DNA of 64,000 bases from an uncultured Gemmatimonadales bacterium (GTDB lineage Bacteria; Gemmatimonadota; Gemmatimonadetes; Gemmatimonadales; Gemmatimonadaceae), in contig CAWBZV010000003.1 of NCBI GenBank assembly GCA_963793305.1, forward strand, positions 416,001 to 480,000, in the 5' to 3' direction. Under the pieces are notes generated by a model. The model was given only the letters and a program-made list of their open reading frames with translations, had not been told where the DNA came from and searched no databases. The position numbers were made by a program, and so were the translations under genes. Position 1 is the first letter of the stretch; each line of letters opens with the position of its first letter. This document shows positions 19,719 through 28,829 of this stretch, piece after piece.

Positions 19719-20728
19719 GCGACGAGCCCTAGGCGTCGCCGCGCGGCGTCGCGCGGAATAACGGTGAGATAGTCGAGGGCGGAGCCGCGCGCGTCGCGCA
19801 GGCCGAGCGTGTCGACCATGGCGCGAGCGCTGCCGCCAGCGAGGCCGTTGGCGATGAGCGCCGCGCCTTGCGCCGCATGCTTCGCGACGGACGCAAAGCC
19901 GTCGAGCACGCGCACGGGCCGGCTGAGCCGTGCGGCGAACGCATCCACGTACTCGTGCGCGAACCGGCCTGACAGCACGATCTCAGCCGGACCCGGCACC
20001 GACACCATCAGTGCGGCTATCGCTTTGAGTCCGCTCTCGACGTACGCCACGTCATCGTCGGTCCCGCCGTGAAACAACATGGCTTTGGTGACGTGCTCCG
20101 CGAGATACGCGACCTCGCCGTCCCATGCCCCGGCCGCGCGACGGCCGATGGGACCCGACGACCCGCCAACACCGTCGACGATGCGTCCACGATCGACGGC
20201 GATCGCCGCGGTAAAGGCCCCGCCGAGCTCCAACAGGATCAATGACACGTCGCCAGGTGCGCAGCGTCGGCGGCGTCGTTGTTCGTCAACGGCGAGGGCG
20301 ACCGCACAGACTTTGTCGGCGGTTCCCATATCGACGCGGTTGTGCTTTCGATAGGCTGGGACCGAGGGCAGATGCACGACGCCCGGTGTGAAAACGACCG
20401 GGAGTCGCGATGAGGCGAGCGCGCGGATGAGAGACGAGAGGCCGCCGAGGCCGCCAGTGTCACCCGACTCGGTGAGCACGGCCAGGCGCACATCGTCCTC
20501 GGTAAGCTCGAGGCCCGGTACGAGCGGGAGACCGTAGCCTGATGGTCCGACGATGAGATCGACGGGCGCGACCTCGTAGAGCATGGTAAGAAACGCGGCT
20601 GGGTCGGCGAGCGCGGTGGCGGTCTCGACCGCGCGGTCGAGGAAGACGGTGTCGCCGGCCAGGCCGCACACGTCGATGCTGACCGTCCCCGGGTCGATCC
20701 CAATGACCCGGGGCGCGTCGCTATCCAA
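19715..20728 (-). CDS. DUF1464 family protein (ASKHA kinase-like fold)
   Basis: VIGIDPGT, GPSGYG, PGVVHLPSVP, DMGTADK, IVDGVGG; start TTG 20728 or ATG 20746. Confidence 0.82.
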   Translation of the reverse strand: MDSDAPRVIGIDPGTVSIDVCGLAGDTVFLDRAVETATALADPAAFLTMLYEVAPVDLIVGPSGYGLPLVPGLELTEDDVRLAVLTESGDTGGLGGLSSLIRALASSRLPVVFTPGVVHLPSVPAYRKHNRVDMGTADKVCAVALAVDEQRRRRRCAPGDVSLILLELGGAFTAAIAVDRGRIVDGVGGSSGPIGRRAAGAWDGEVAYLAEHVTKAMLFHGGTDDDVAYVESGLKAIAALMVSVPGPAEIVLSGRFAHEYVDAFAARLSRPVRVLDGFASVAKHAAQGAALIANGLAGGSARAMVDTLGLRDARGSALDYLTVIPRDAARRRLGLVA

Positions 20729-21578
20729 TCGACTGTGCGAGGTCATAGATCGCCTCGGCGTCGAGAACGGCATCACTCGTCTCGAACAACCGCGCGATAC
20801 AGCGCTTGTGGATCTTGGTCTTGAGGCCGCCGACGCCGATCGCGCCGAACACGGTCACGCCGTCGCGAACCTTGCCATCGTCGTTCGTCTCGACGCCTTC
20901 GATGCCTAAGGGCGGCACGGCGTTCAAGTCGACGGCGACCTGGAGTCCGCGGTTGGCCCACGCCGCGCGCGGCACCATCTGGACGCCGGCCGGCCCGCAG
21001 TTGAGCAGGATCTGCGCGCCCTCCAGTATGGCCGCGGCCTGACTCGGCTCTGACATCTGCGTGCACGAGACTTTGCCACCGAAGCGCGCGATGATGTTGC
21101 GCGTCGCTCGCTCGCCATCGGGTCCGCGCCGCGATGTGATGAGCACGTCGGCGCCGGCTTTGGCGAGGAGGCCGGCCGAGCGGGTGCCGACGGGGCCGGT
21201 GCCGGCGGTGACGACGGCGCGCTTGCCGCGAACGTCGCCGACGGATTTCACGATCTTGCAGACGGCCGCCACCGCGGTCGTGTTCGAACCGTTCGAGTCG
21301 AGCATCAGCGACACACGGAACGGGCCGAACAGGGTTTCTTGCGCGGCGACGAGAATGGCCTCGCCGACGTTGATATCGGCGCCGCCGACGAATACGGCCG
21401 AGTTCACGAGGTCTTTGGGGCCTCGTGTGAAGATCAGGCCATAGATCAGATCACGCGCATCGGGTGGCGTGATGCTGCCATAGCTCATGATCTCGTCCGC
21501 GCCGCCGTCGTAGGCTACGACACGGTCGAAGACGCTCGGCAGGCGGTTGCTGTCGAGCTGCAAAAGCAGTTTTCGCAT
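20721..21578 (-). CDS. NAD(P)-dependent methylene-H4MPT dehydrogenase, MtdA/MtdC-type
   Basis: LLLQLD...PSVFDRVVAYDGGAD, FTRG, DSNGSNTTA, DLNAVPP. Confidence 0.92.
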   Translation of the reverse strand: MRKLLLQLDSNRLPSVFDRVVAYDGGADEIMSYGSITPPDARDLIYGLIFTRGPKDLVNSAVFVGGADINVGEAILVAAQETLFGPFRVSLMLDSNGSNTTAVAAVCKIVKSVGDVRGKRAVVTAGTGPVGTRSAGLLAKAGADVLITSRRGPDGERATRNIIARFGGKVSCTQMSEPSQAAAILEGAQILLNCGPAGVQMVPRAAWANRGLQVAVDLNAVPPLGIEGVETNDDGKVRDGVTVFGAIGVGGLKTKIHKRCIARLFETSDAVLDAEAIYDLAQSIG

Positions 21579-21636
21579 CGAAATAGCTCACTCGATCGGG
21601 TACCGGCAGGATGGAGTTCGGCTCAGCCGAAACTCC

Positions 21637-21696
21637 TTCCAACCGACCAGTCGAGCAGCGCGATAGCGCTGCATCGACGCGCCGCGGAGCGGCGCT
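21637..21696 (+). repeat. second copy of the ~58-bp interspersed palindromic element, among additional hairpins
   Basis: ttccaaccgaccagtcgagc-[hairpin]-gcatcgacgcgccgcggagcggcgct, matching 19648-19706 (minus strand). Confidence 0.85.
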
Positions 21697-21743
21697 ACCT
21701 GCTGGGAGCCGCGAGGACGCGGGCTCCCAGCTGCCGGGCGAGC

Positions 21744-22265
21744 TTACTTCGCTGCCGAGTCTGCTCCGCCTGCGAACGGGTGCTTCGCGGTCCGCGCACC
21801 GCTGATGACGGCGTCGACCGACGGTTGATGCTTGAGCGCGCGTTCGATCGACTCCTTCGTCGCGCGGTAGTTGTAATCGAAGATCTTCTTGTCATCGGCG
21901 GCATCCCAGTGGATGAACACACCGACAGTTATGCAGTAGTCGTCCACCTTGTTCCGTGGGATGACGCCGCTCGAGACGGAGTCGACGACGGCGCGGGCCA
22001 CGGCGGCCTGCGCGGGGCCGAACATTTGCACCGCCTGCTTCGCACCCTTGATCGTGACCTTGTTGTAGAGGATCGTGTCCGGCTTCGCGGGCAAGTTCGG
22101 CGTGACGACGGCGAGCAGTGTCGTGAAGCCATCCTTGTTGTTCGTCAGTGCTTCGGCGAACGCGTGTCCCACGGGCCCTTCCTTGGAACCGATCATCAGG
22201 TCGATATGGGCTACTTCGTTGCCGTCGCCTACCAGCGACTCACCGAGAAAGAAATCCGCAGCCAT
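21744..22265 (-). CDS. fae: formaldehyde-activating enzyme
   Basis: GESLVGDGNEVAHIDL, NKVTIK, QMFGPAQ, VFIHW. Confidence 0.96.
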   Translation of the reverse strand: MAADFFLGESLVGDGNEVAHIDLMIGSKEGPVGHAFAEALTNNKDGFTTLLAVVTPNLPAKPDTILYNKVTIKGAKQAVQMFGPAQAAVARAVVDSVSSGVIPRNKVDDYCITVGVFIHWDAADDKKIFDYNYRATKESIERALKHQPSVDAVISGARTAKHPFAGGADSAAK

Positions 22266-22367
22266 GTGACCTCCGAACCAGGTTTTGTGGGAGCGGCGCG
22301 CCGGCGATCCGTCACGCAGTCCGTATCCCGCGGCTAGGGGGATAGCGGTAGCTCGAAGAGGACCAAG

Positions 22368-22396
22368 AGAATGTCCAAAGGGCGCTTATAGGTCAA
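22368..22396 (-). promoter_or_regulatory. putative sigma70 promoter of the fae operon
   Basis: TTGACC-17 bp-CATTCT on the minus strand. Confidence 0.55.
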
Positions 22397-22465
22397 GGGG
22401 GTCGGCCCTGTATCGCCGCCGTTACATCATCTGGCCGACGGGGAGCCTGTCGATTTCATTTGGTT

Positions 22466-23779
22466 ATGCGAATTCCTATCGAAACCTTCACCCTCGGCAA
22501 CGGCCTCCGCGTCACCCTCTCCGAGGACCACACCGCGCCGATCGTCGCCGTGAACCTGTGGTACCACGTCGGATCCGCAAACGAACGCTCAGGCCGCACG
22601 GGTTTCGCCCACCTGTTCGAGCACATGCTCTTCCAGGGCTCCGAGAACGTCGGCTCGAACGAGCATTTCGAGCTCATCCAAAGGGCAGGCGGCACGCTCA
22701 ACGGCTCGACATGGCTCGACCGTACGAACTACTACGAGACGGTCCCCTCCCACCAATTCGCCCTGGCACTCTGGCTGGAATCGGATCGGATGGGACGCCT
22801 CCTCCCGGCGATGACGCAACAAAAGCTCGACACCCAGCGCGATGTCGTAAAGAATGAGCGCCGCTGGTCCGTCGATAACCAGCCGTATGGCACGTGGTGG
22901 GAGCGCATCCCGGCGTTGGCCTTTCCGTCGACGCATCCGTTCCACCACTCATTGATCGGCTCAATGGAAGACCTGACGGCGGCGAGCCTCGACGACGTTC
23001 GCCAGTTCTTCGCGACGTACTACACGCCGGACAACGCGGTACTGACGATCGCCGGCGACTTCGATCCGGGTGAGGCGAAACAGCTAGTCGAGAAGTATTT
23101 CGGCCCGCTCCCTCGCGGCCGCGGCAAGCCGCCGCTTCCGGACCTCTCGCTGCCCGCACGGTTCGATCGTCCACCGCGCGAGATCGTGCCGGACGACGTG
23201 CGCGTGCCGCGCGTGTATATCACCTTCCGGTCGCCGACGTACGGCAGCGACGCATACTATGCGGCGAGCGTTGCCGCGGCTGTGCTCGGCCTCAAGAAAG
23301 GGAGCCGGCTCCATCGCTCACTCGTGCGAGATCGCCAGCTCGCGTCAGAAGCGAACGCGTTCACGTTCGACCTCGCCAAGGGCACGGATCTCCTCATCGT
23401 CGACGTCACGGCGCGCCCTGGCACGAGCGCCGAGGATCTCGAGCGCGCGGTCGTCGAGGAGATCGATCGATTTGCCGCCGAGGGTCCGTCCGAAGCAGAG
23501 ATCGAGCGCGCCGTCGCGCTGATCGAGACGGAGTTCGTGTCATCGCTGCAATCGGCTGGTGACCGCGCGGACAAGCTCTCGATGTTCGCGACGTACCTCG
23601 GTGATCCCGAGCGGATCAACTCGCACGTCGACCGCTTTCGCGCGGTAACGGCATTGGACGTTGCGCGTTTCGCGCGCGAACGCCTCGGCCCCGCGCATCG
23701 GGCGACGCTGGTCTACGTGCCGCGGGCTCCGGAGAGCGCTGACGTCGAGGCGGGTGATCTCGCGACGGCGGACGTATGA
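22466..23779 (+). CDS. M16 family metallopeptidase, catalytic subunit
   Basis: GFAHLFEHM (HxxEH), VKNERR. Confidence 0.92.
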   Translation: MRIPIETFTLGNGLRVTLSEDHTAPIVAVNLWYHVGSANERSGRTGFAHLFEHMLFQGSENVGSNEHFELIQRAGGTLNGSTWLDRTNYYETVPSHQFALALWLESDRMGRLLPAMTQQKLDTQRDVVKNERRWSVDNQPYGTWWERIPALAFPSTHPFHHSLIGSMEDLTAASLDDVRQFFATYYTPDNAVLTIAGDFDPGEAKQLVEKYFGPLPRGRGKPPLPDLSLPARFDRPPREIVPDDVRVPRVYITFRSPTYGSDAYYAASVAAAVLGLKKGSRLHRSLVRDRQLASEANAFTFDLAKGTDLLIVDVTARPGTSAEDLERAVVEEIDRFAAEGPSEAEIERAVALIETEFVSSLQSAGDRADKLSMFATYLGDPERINSHVDRFRAVTALDVARFARERLGPAHRATLVYVPRAPESADVEAGDLATADV

Positions 23780-25131
23780 CAGCGGCCCCTCCTCGTCCAT
23801 CGGCAGCAGCCCCGAGGTCGTATCGCTTTCCGAGATTCGAACGGCGCACGCTGTCAAATGGCATCGGACTCGTCGTTGCTCCCGTCAACAAGCTGCCAGT
23901 TGCCAGCATCATCGCCGTGATCGACGCCGGCGCCGCGCTGGACCCGGCCGGCAAAGAGGGTCTGGCGCTGCTCACGGCGCGCGCACTGGTCGAGGGCGCC
24001 GTGGGCCTCACGGAGCGCGCCGAGCGGCTCGGCACGGAGCTCGACGCCGATGCGGATTGGGACACGGCGCTGCTCAACCTCACCGTGCTCTCGGAGCGCG
24101 TGGACGAAGCGCTCGAGCTCGTCGGCGAGATCCTCACCAAGCCCGCATTTCCCGATCGCGAGATCGAGCGGCTCAAAGGCGAGCGGTTGGCCGAGATCCT
24201 CCAACTGCGCGCAGAACCGCGTGGGCTCGGCGACGAGATGCTGGAGCGCTTTGTGTATGCGCCGGACGCTCGCTACTCGCATCCGGAAGGAGGCTCCGAA
24301 GCCTCGGTCGCCGGTCTGCGCCGGGATGATGTCAGCATGTTCTACGGCGCCTACTACGCGCCACGCCGGGTGACGTTGATCGTGGTCGGCGATGTGAGCG
24401 CCGGCGATGTCGAGACGATGGCCGAGGCCGCGCTCGGTGGATGGTCATCGACGAGCGGTGCGCCGCAGGCGTCCGCGCCCGACAAGGTCGCACGCCAGAC
24501 GAGAGCCGTGCATATCGTCACAAAGGGCGAGGCCCCACAGTCGGAACTGAGAGTCGGTCAGCTGGGCGTGCCGCGATCGCATCCAGATTATTTCGCGATC
24601 ACGATCATGAACGCGGTGCTCGGAGGCTTGTTCTCGTCGAGAATCAACCTCAATCTCCGCGAGAAGCACGGCTACACCTACGGCGCCCACTCGGCCTTCG
24701 ACTGGCGTCGCGCCTCAGGCCCGTTCTCGGTGTCGTCAGCCGTGCAAAGCGATGTCACGGACAAGGCGCTCGCCGAAGTATTCCGGGAGATCGACCGGAT
24801 CCGCACGGAGCCGGTGAGCGACGACGAACGCACGCTCGCCACGAGCTATCTGGACGGCGTATTCCCGATCAAATACGAGACCGCTTCGGCGATCGCGACC
24901 GCGCTCGCCAATCTCGTGATCTACGATTACCCGGCCGATTTTTACGACCAATACCGCCCGAACGTGCGAGCGGTTACTGCCGGCCAGATACTGGAAGCAG
25001 CGCGGGCGCACCTCGATCCGTCGCGCATGCAAGTCGTCGTGGTCGGCGAGCCCGACGCCATCGCCGGCCCGCTCGAACGACTCGGTGTCGGCCCGGTGGC
25101 GATCTACGACGACAACGGACGTCAGCTTTGA
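23776..25131 (+). CDS. M16 family peptidase, non-catalytic subunit
   Basis: No HxxEH; SRINLNLREKHGYTY motif. Confidence 0.88.
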   Translation: MTAAPPRPSAAAPRSYRFPRFERRTLSNGIGLVVAPVNKLPVASIIAVIDAGAALDPAGKEGLALLTARALVEGAVGLTERAERLGTELDADADWDTALLNLTVLSERVDEALELVGEILTKPAFPDREIERLKGERLAEILQLRAEPRGLGDEMLERFVYAPDARYSHPEGGSEASVAGLRRDDVSMFYGAYYAPRRVTLIVVGDVSAGDVETMAEAALGGWSSTSGAPQASAPDKVARQTRAVHIVTKGEAPQSELRVGQLGVPRSHPDYFAITIMNAVLGGLFSSRINLNLREKHGYTYGAHSAFDWRRASGPFSVSSAVQSDVTDKALAEVFREIDRIRTEPVSDDERTLATSYLDGVFPIKYETASAIATALANLVIYDYPADFYDQYRPNVRAVTAGQILEAARAHLDPSRMQVVVVGEPDAIAGPLERLGVGPVAIYDDNGRQL

Positions 25132-25694
25132 CCAAGGCAGAATCATCCGAACCGGGGCAGGTTTCCTCGCGCCGCGTGTACTCCGGGCGAGTGATCGATC
25201 TCGACATCGATACAGTTCGCTTCCCCGACGGCTCGGAGGGGGAGCTCGAGATCATCCGGCACTCGGGCGCGAGCGCCGTCGTACCGTTCGTGAGCGAGCC
25301 GACGGGAAACGATCCCCAGATCATCCTGATCCGGCAGTACCGCTACGCCACCAACGGTTACGTCTACGAAATCCCCGCCGGGCGGCTCGAGCCCGGCGAA
25401 GCCCCCGAGGCCTGCGCAGTTCGCGAGCTCGAGGAGGAAACCGGATGCCGGGCTGAGCGTGTCGAACGTCTAACCACGATCTACACCACGCCTGGGTTCA
25501 CCGACGAGCGGATCCACCTGTTCGCCGCATTCGGACTCACCGCCGGGAAGGTCAACCGCGACGCGGATGAATTCCTGGAGGTGAAGACCATGCTGCTCTC
25601 GGAAGCGCTGGCGATGATCTCGCGTGGAGAGATCGTGGATGGCAAGACGATCGTCGCGCTTTTGTTCGTAGCCGGGTTCCGGTTGGGGACATAA
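25128..25694 (+). CDS. NUDIX hydrolase (ADP-ribose pyrophosphatase-like)
   Basis: RQYRY, PAGRLEPGE...RELEEETG Nudix box, DGKT. Confidence 0.9.
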   Translation: MTKAESSEPGQVSSRRVYSGRVIDLDIDTVRFPDGSEGELEIIRHSGASAVVPFVSEPTGNDPQIILIRQYRYATNGYVYEIPAGRLEPGEAPEACAVRELEEETGCRAERVERLTTIYTTPGFTDERIHLFAAFGLTAGKVNRDADEFLEVKTMLLSEALAMISRGEIVDGKTIVALLFVAGFRLGT

Positions 25695-25856
25695 TTGTCG
25701 CTCAGAGTAGACAGTTTCCCTCGATTGGGACGTTGTCGGCTCGGCGACCAAAATCGTAACTCTCTGCCAGCATTACCTTTGGGTTAGCGCGTCTCCCGAC
25801 CGGTGACGGGCATACCCCGTGCACGGGTCGAGTGGGAGAGAGAACAGGGGTGTGTT

Positions 25857-26477
25857 ATGGCAGCCGAGGTGGCGCTCAAGAGGATCGTCGCCCCCAAATG
25901 GAGCACCATGGAGGACTCGGCCGTCGTCGGCGCGTTTCTGGCCGGCGATGAGCGGGCGTTCCAGGTGCTGGTCGAGCGGTACCAGACACGACTATTGAAC
26001 TTCGTGTACCGCACGATTGGGGATCGGGAGAAGGCCGAGGATCTCGTGCAGGAAGTCTTCATCCGGGTCTACCGGCATCTGCACCGGTTCGACCGGTCGA
26101 AGAAGTTCTCCACGTGGGTATATACGATCGCGTCGAACCTGGCGAAGAACGAGCTCCGCAACCGTTCGCGGAACCCTCTCGTGCTCTTCCAGACCATCCG
26201 TCGCAATTGGGAGGACGAAGACCGACCCCTCCAGTTCGAGGATCCGGCGTCTCGACCAGACGACCTGTACCGCAAGCGGCATCTGCGCGAGCTAGTCGAG
26301 GCGTCCGTCGCGCGTCTTCCCGAGCATCATCGCCAGGTGTTCATCCTGCGCGAGCTCGAGGGCAAGTCGTACGAGGAGATCGCCGAGATCACGGCGTGCA
26401 ACCTGGGCACCGTGAAGTCCCGGCTCAACCGTGCCCGGACCTCGTTCGCCGAGATCATCGCCCCGGCCCTGCGATAG
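25857..26477 (+). CDS. ECF RNA polymerase sigma factor
   Basis: AEDLVQEVF, FSTWVYTIASN, SYEEIAE...GTVKSRLNRAR. Confidence 0.93.
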   Translation: MAAEVALKRIVAPKWSTMEDSAVVGAFLAGDERAFQVLVERYQTRLLNFVYRTIGDREKAEDLVQEVFIRVYRHLHRFDRSKKFSTWVYTIASNLAKNELRNRSRNPLVLFQTIRRNWEDEDRPLQFEDPASRPDDLYRKRHLRELVEASVARLPEHHRQVFILRELEGKSYEEIAEITACNLGTVKSRLNRARTSFAEIIAPALR

Positions 26478-26540
26478 GTTCCGGGGGCTGTTCGGGCCCC
26501 TGGGAACCCGGATCGGACCCCGGGGGTACGCAGCGCTACC

Positions 26541-27113
26541 ATGGACTGCGGCCGTTTCCGTGATAATCACGCAGCGTTCATTGATAACGCGTTAGACGAC
26601 GTTGAGCTCTCGGCGATGCGCTCGCATCGGGCCGAGTGCGCGGACTGCGCGGATCACGACGCCACGATCCGCCGTGCGCTGCTGCTGTTCCGCAACCTGC
26701 CAACGATCGAGCCCTCGGCCGAATTCGGTCGGAGACTCAATGCTCGCCTTCGCGCGACGGAGCGCAGTCTCTCGTGGTCGCACGCCGGCATGCGAGGCCC
26801 GAGCTGGACTTCATTCGCGTGGGCCGCGTCGGGCGTGCTGGCCGCCGGGTATGTCCTCGTGGCCACTTTCGGCGGCGCGGCCACCATACGCCATCAAGAG
26901 CTCGCGCTCGCACCCGTTGTCGTCACCGCAGTGCCCTCGGCGACCATCGACAGCGCGCCGGTCGGGCCGATGCGGATCTCGCCGATGGCCAGCCCCGCGA
27001 TCGTCGCGTCGGTGTCGATGGGTATGCCGGTGTGGCCCGCCGCGCTCCTCGCGGCGCAGGCGCCGATGCACTTCGCCGTGACGGAGTTCCAAGTCGTCAG
27101 CCTCAGACGATAG
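26541..27113 (+). CDS. zinc-finger (ZAS) anti-sigma factor
   Basis: HRAECADC (HxxxCxxC) plus a TM segment; follows an ECF sigma. Confidence 0.8.
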   Translation: MDCGRFRDNHAAFIDNALDDVELSAMRSHRAECADCADHDATIRRALLLFRNLPTIEPSAEFGRRLNARLRATERSLSWSHAGMRGPSWTSFAWAASGVLAAGYVLVATFGGAATIRHQELALAPVVVTAVPSATIDSAPVGPMRISPMASPAIVASVSMGMPVWPAALLAAQAPMHFAVTEFQVVSLRR

Positions 27114-27345
27114 CGACTGGGCTACGGCCAGCGAGATCGCCGCCTACGAGTACTGCGGGCGCGCGTTCTGGCTGGACATTACCTCCGAGGCGCCCGAGGA
27201 CTCGGAGCGTTTTGACGCCGGCATCCGTGCGCACCAGTCTCACGCCGCGCGCATCGTCAACGCCCGCCAATTCGCCGTGCTCGCACTGGCCGCGGCCGCC
27301 GTGCTGGCCATTGCCGCCGCATTTGTCGCATGGTCGTCGCGCTAA
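27112..27345 (+). CDS. Cas4-like N-terminal fragment with C-terminal TM helix (absent from the ORF track)
   Basis: SDWATASEIAAYEYCGRAFWL...GIRAH...FAVLALAAAAVLAIAAAFVAWSSR*; no canonical start, but one added G would give ATG AGC. Confidence 0.75.
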   Translation, partial: SDWATASEIAAYEYCGRAFWLDITSEAPEDSERFDAGIRAHQSHAARIVNARQFAVLALAAAAVLAIAAAFVAWSSR

Positions 27346-27809
27346 CGCTCGCGGCCGCACTCTTGGGTCTCGTGTCTCTGGCCCTCTTCGTGGCCGTCGG
27401 AGACCTTGGCCGCAGCGCCTCGATGGAGCCATTGCTCGTCGACGAGACGCGCCGGCTGCGCGGGCGGCCGGACTATCTGCTGCATCACCGCAAGGGTCTC
27501 ATTCCCGTCGAGCTCAAGCCTCTTCGGACCTCGCGGAGCTTGTACGAGTCAGACCGGCTCCAGGTCGCGACCTATCTCATGCTAGTCCGGGCGGCGCACC
27601 CGGATGCGAACGTGCCGTACGGGGTCGTGCGCTACAAGGACAGCACGTTCCGTGTCTATCTCACCGAGGAGCTCGAGGCGCGGTGTCTGGGTGTCGCCGA
27701 GCAAGTCCGGGCCGCGAAGCACGCCGCGGTGGTGCATCGCACGCACAATGTTCCGGCGAAGTGCCGCGCGTGCGCCCACCGAACGGCGTGTGGCGAGGCG
27801 TTGGTGTAG
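27330..27809 (+). CDS. Cas4-like PD-(D/E)xK nuclease C-terminal part with N-terminal TM helix
   Basis: GRPD, VELK, QVATY, CRACAHRTAC. Confidence 0.85.
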   Translation: MVVALTLAAALLGLVSLALFVAVGDLGRSASMEPLLVDETRRLRGRPDYLLHHRKGLIPVELKPLRTSRSLYESDRLQVATYLMLVRAAHPDANVPYGVVRYKDSTFRVYLTEELEARCLGVAEQVRAAKHAAVVHRTHNVPAKCRACAHRTACGEALV

Positions 27810-27821
27810 CTTACGGGTGGG

Positions 27822-28829
27822 ATGAACGAACGCGCCCTCCGCACGGCGATCTCCAAGCGCACGTTTGAGCCGGCGTACTATCTCTTCGGCGACGACGACT
27901 TTCGGAAGGATGACGCGCTCGCCGCGCTCATCGCGTCGGCCGTCGACCCCGCTCTGCGCGATTTCAATGTCGAGGTGAGGCGGAGCGCGGAGCTGGACGC
28001 CGAGACGTTGGAGACGGTGTTGGGGACTCCGCCGCTCATGTCGGAGCGCCGCGTGGTCGCGTTGCGCGACGCGCCGTCGCTCAAGAAAGAGCCCAAGGCT
28101 ATCCTCGAGCGCTATCTCGCGCACCCGGCGTCCGATACGGTTCTCGTGATGCTGGTGCCTGCCGGGGGCAAGCCTGACAAGGCGCTCTCCGATCGGGCCG
28201 TCAGCGTCGAGATCGCGCCCCTCTCTGGTGATCGCCTCGACGACTGGATCACCAAACGCTCGACCGTCACGATCACGCCCGAGGCCTCGGCCCTACTGCA
28301 GGACGCGATCGGGAATGATCTCGCCCAGATGTCCGGGGAGTTGGACAAGCTCGCCAGCTACGCCCGCGGGATTGGCGGTGAAGCGGTCATTGACGAGGCG
28401 GCAGTTGGCGCCGTGGTGGGTGTGACGCGCGAGGAGACGCTGGGGCGGCTCCTCGATTATGTGGCCGCTCGGGATGCCGCCGGAGCGATCGCGGTGCTGC
28501 CGCATGTCCTGGCGCAGCCCAAGACCAGCGCGGTCACGATCATCATGGCGTTGACGACGCAGACGCTTGCGTTAGCCTATGCGGTGGCCTCCGGGAAGCG
28601 CTCCGCCGGGGACTTCTTTGCGCTGCTCAAGGACACCGGAGCGTTTCCCGGTCGCGCGTGGGGCGAGGCGGTGAATGCGTGGGTACGCGCCGTCCCTGCC
28701 TGGAATCTCGCCGCGCTCGAAGGGGGGATCACGAGATTGTTGGCGGCGGACGTTGCGCTCAAGGAGTCACGAGTGTCCGATGACGAGCAGGTGCTCGTCT
28801 CGCTCATCCTCGATCTGTGCGCGTCATGA
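27822..28829 (+). CDS. holA: DNA polymerase III subunit delta
   Basis: YYLFGDDDF, PLMSERRVV, ELDKLASY, ADVALK. Confidence 0.88.
   Translation: MNERALRTAISKRTFEPAYYLFGDDDFRKDDALAALIASAVDPALRDFNVEVRRSAELDAETLETVLGTPPLMSERRVVALRDAPSLKKEPKAILERYLAHPASDTVLVMLVPAGGKPDKALSDRAVSVEIAPLSGDRLDDWITKRSTVTITPEASALLQDAIGNDLAQMSGELDKLASYARGIGGEAVIDEAAVGAVVGVTREETLGRLLDYVAARDAAGAIAVLPHVLAQPKTSAVTIIMALTTQTLALAYAVASGKRSAGDFFALLKDTGAFPGRAWGEAVNAWVRAVPAWNLAALEGGITRLLAADVALKESRVSDDEQVLVSLILDLCAS

Noticed and set aside
22270..22360. Riboswitch in the fae leader
   Set aside because: No convincing match to a known consensus by eye; needs an Rfam search.
27112..27809. CRISPR-Cas system
   Set aside because: No array and no other cas genes in the window.
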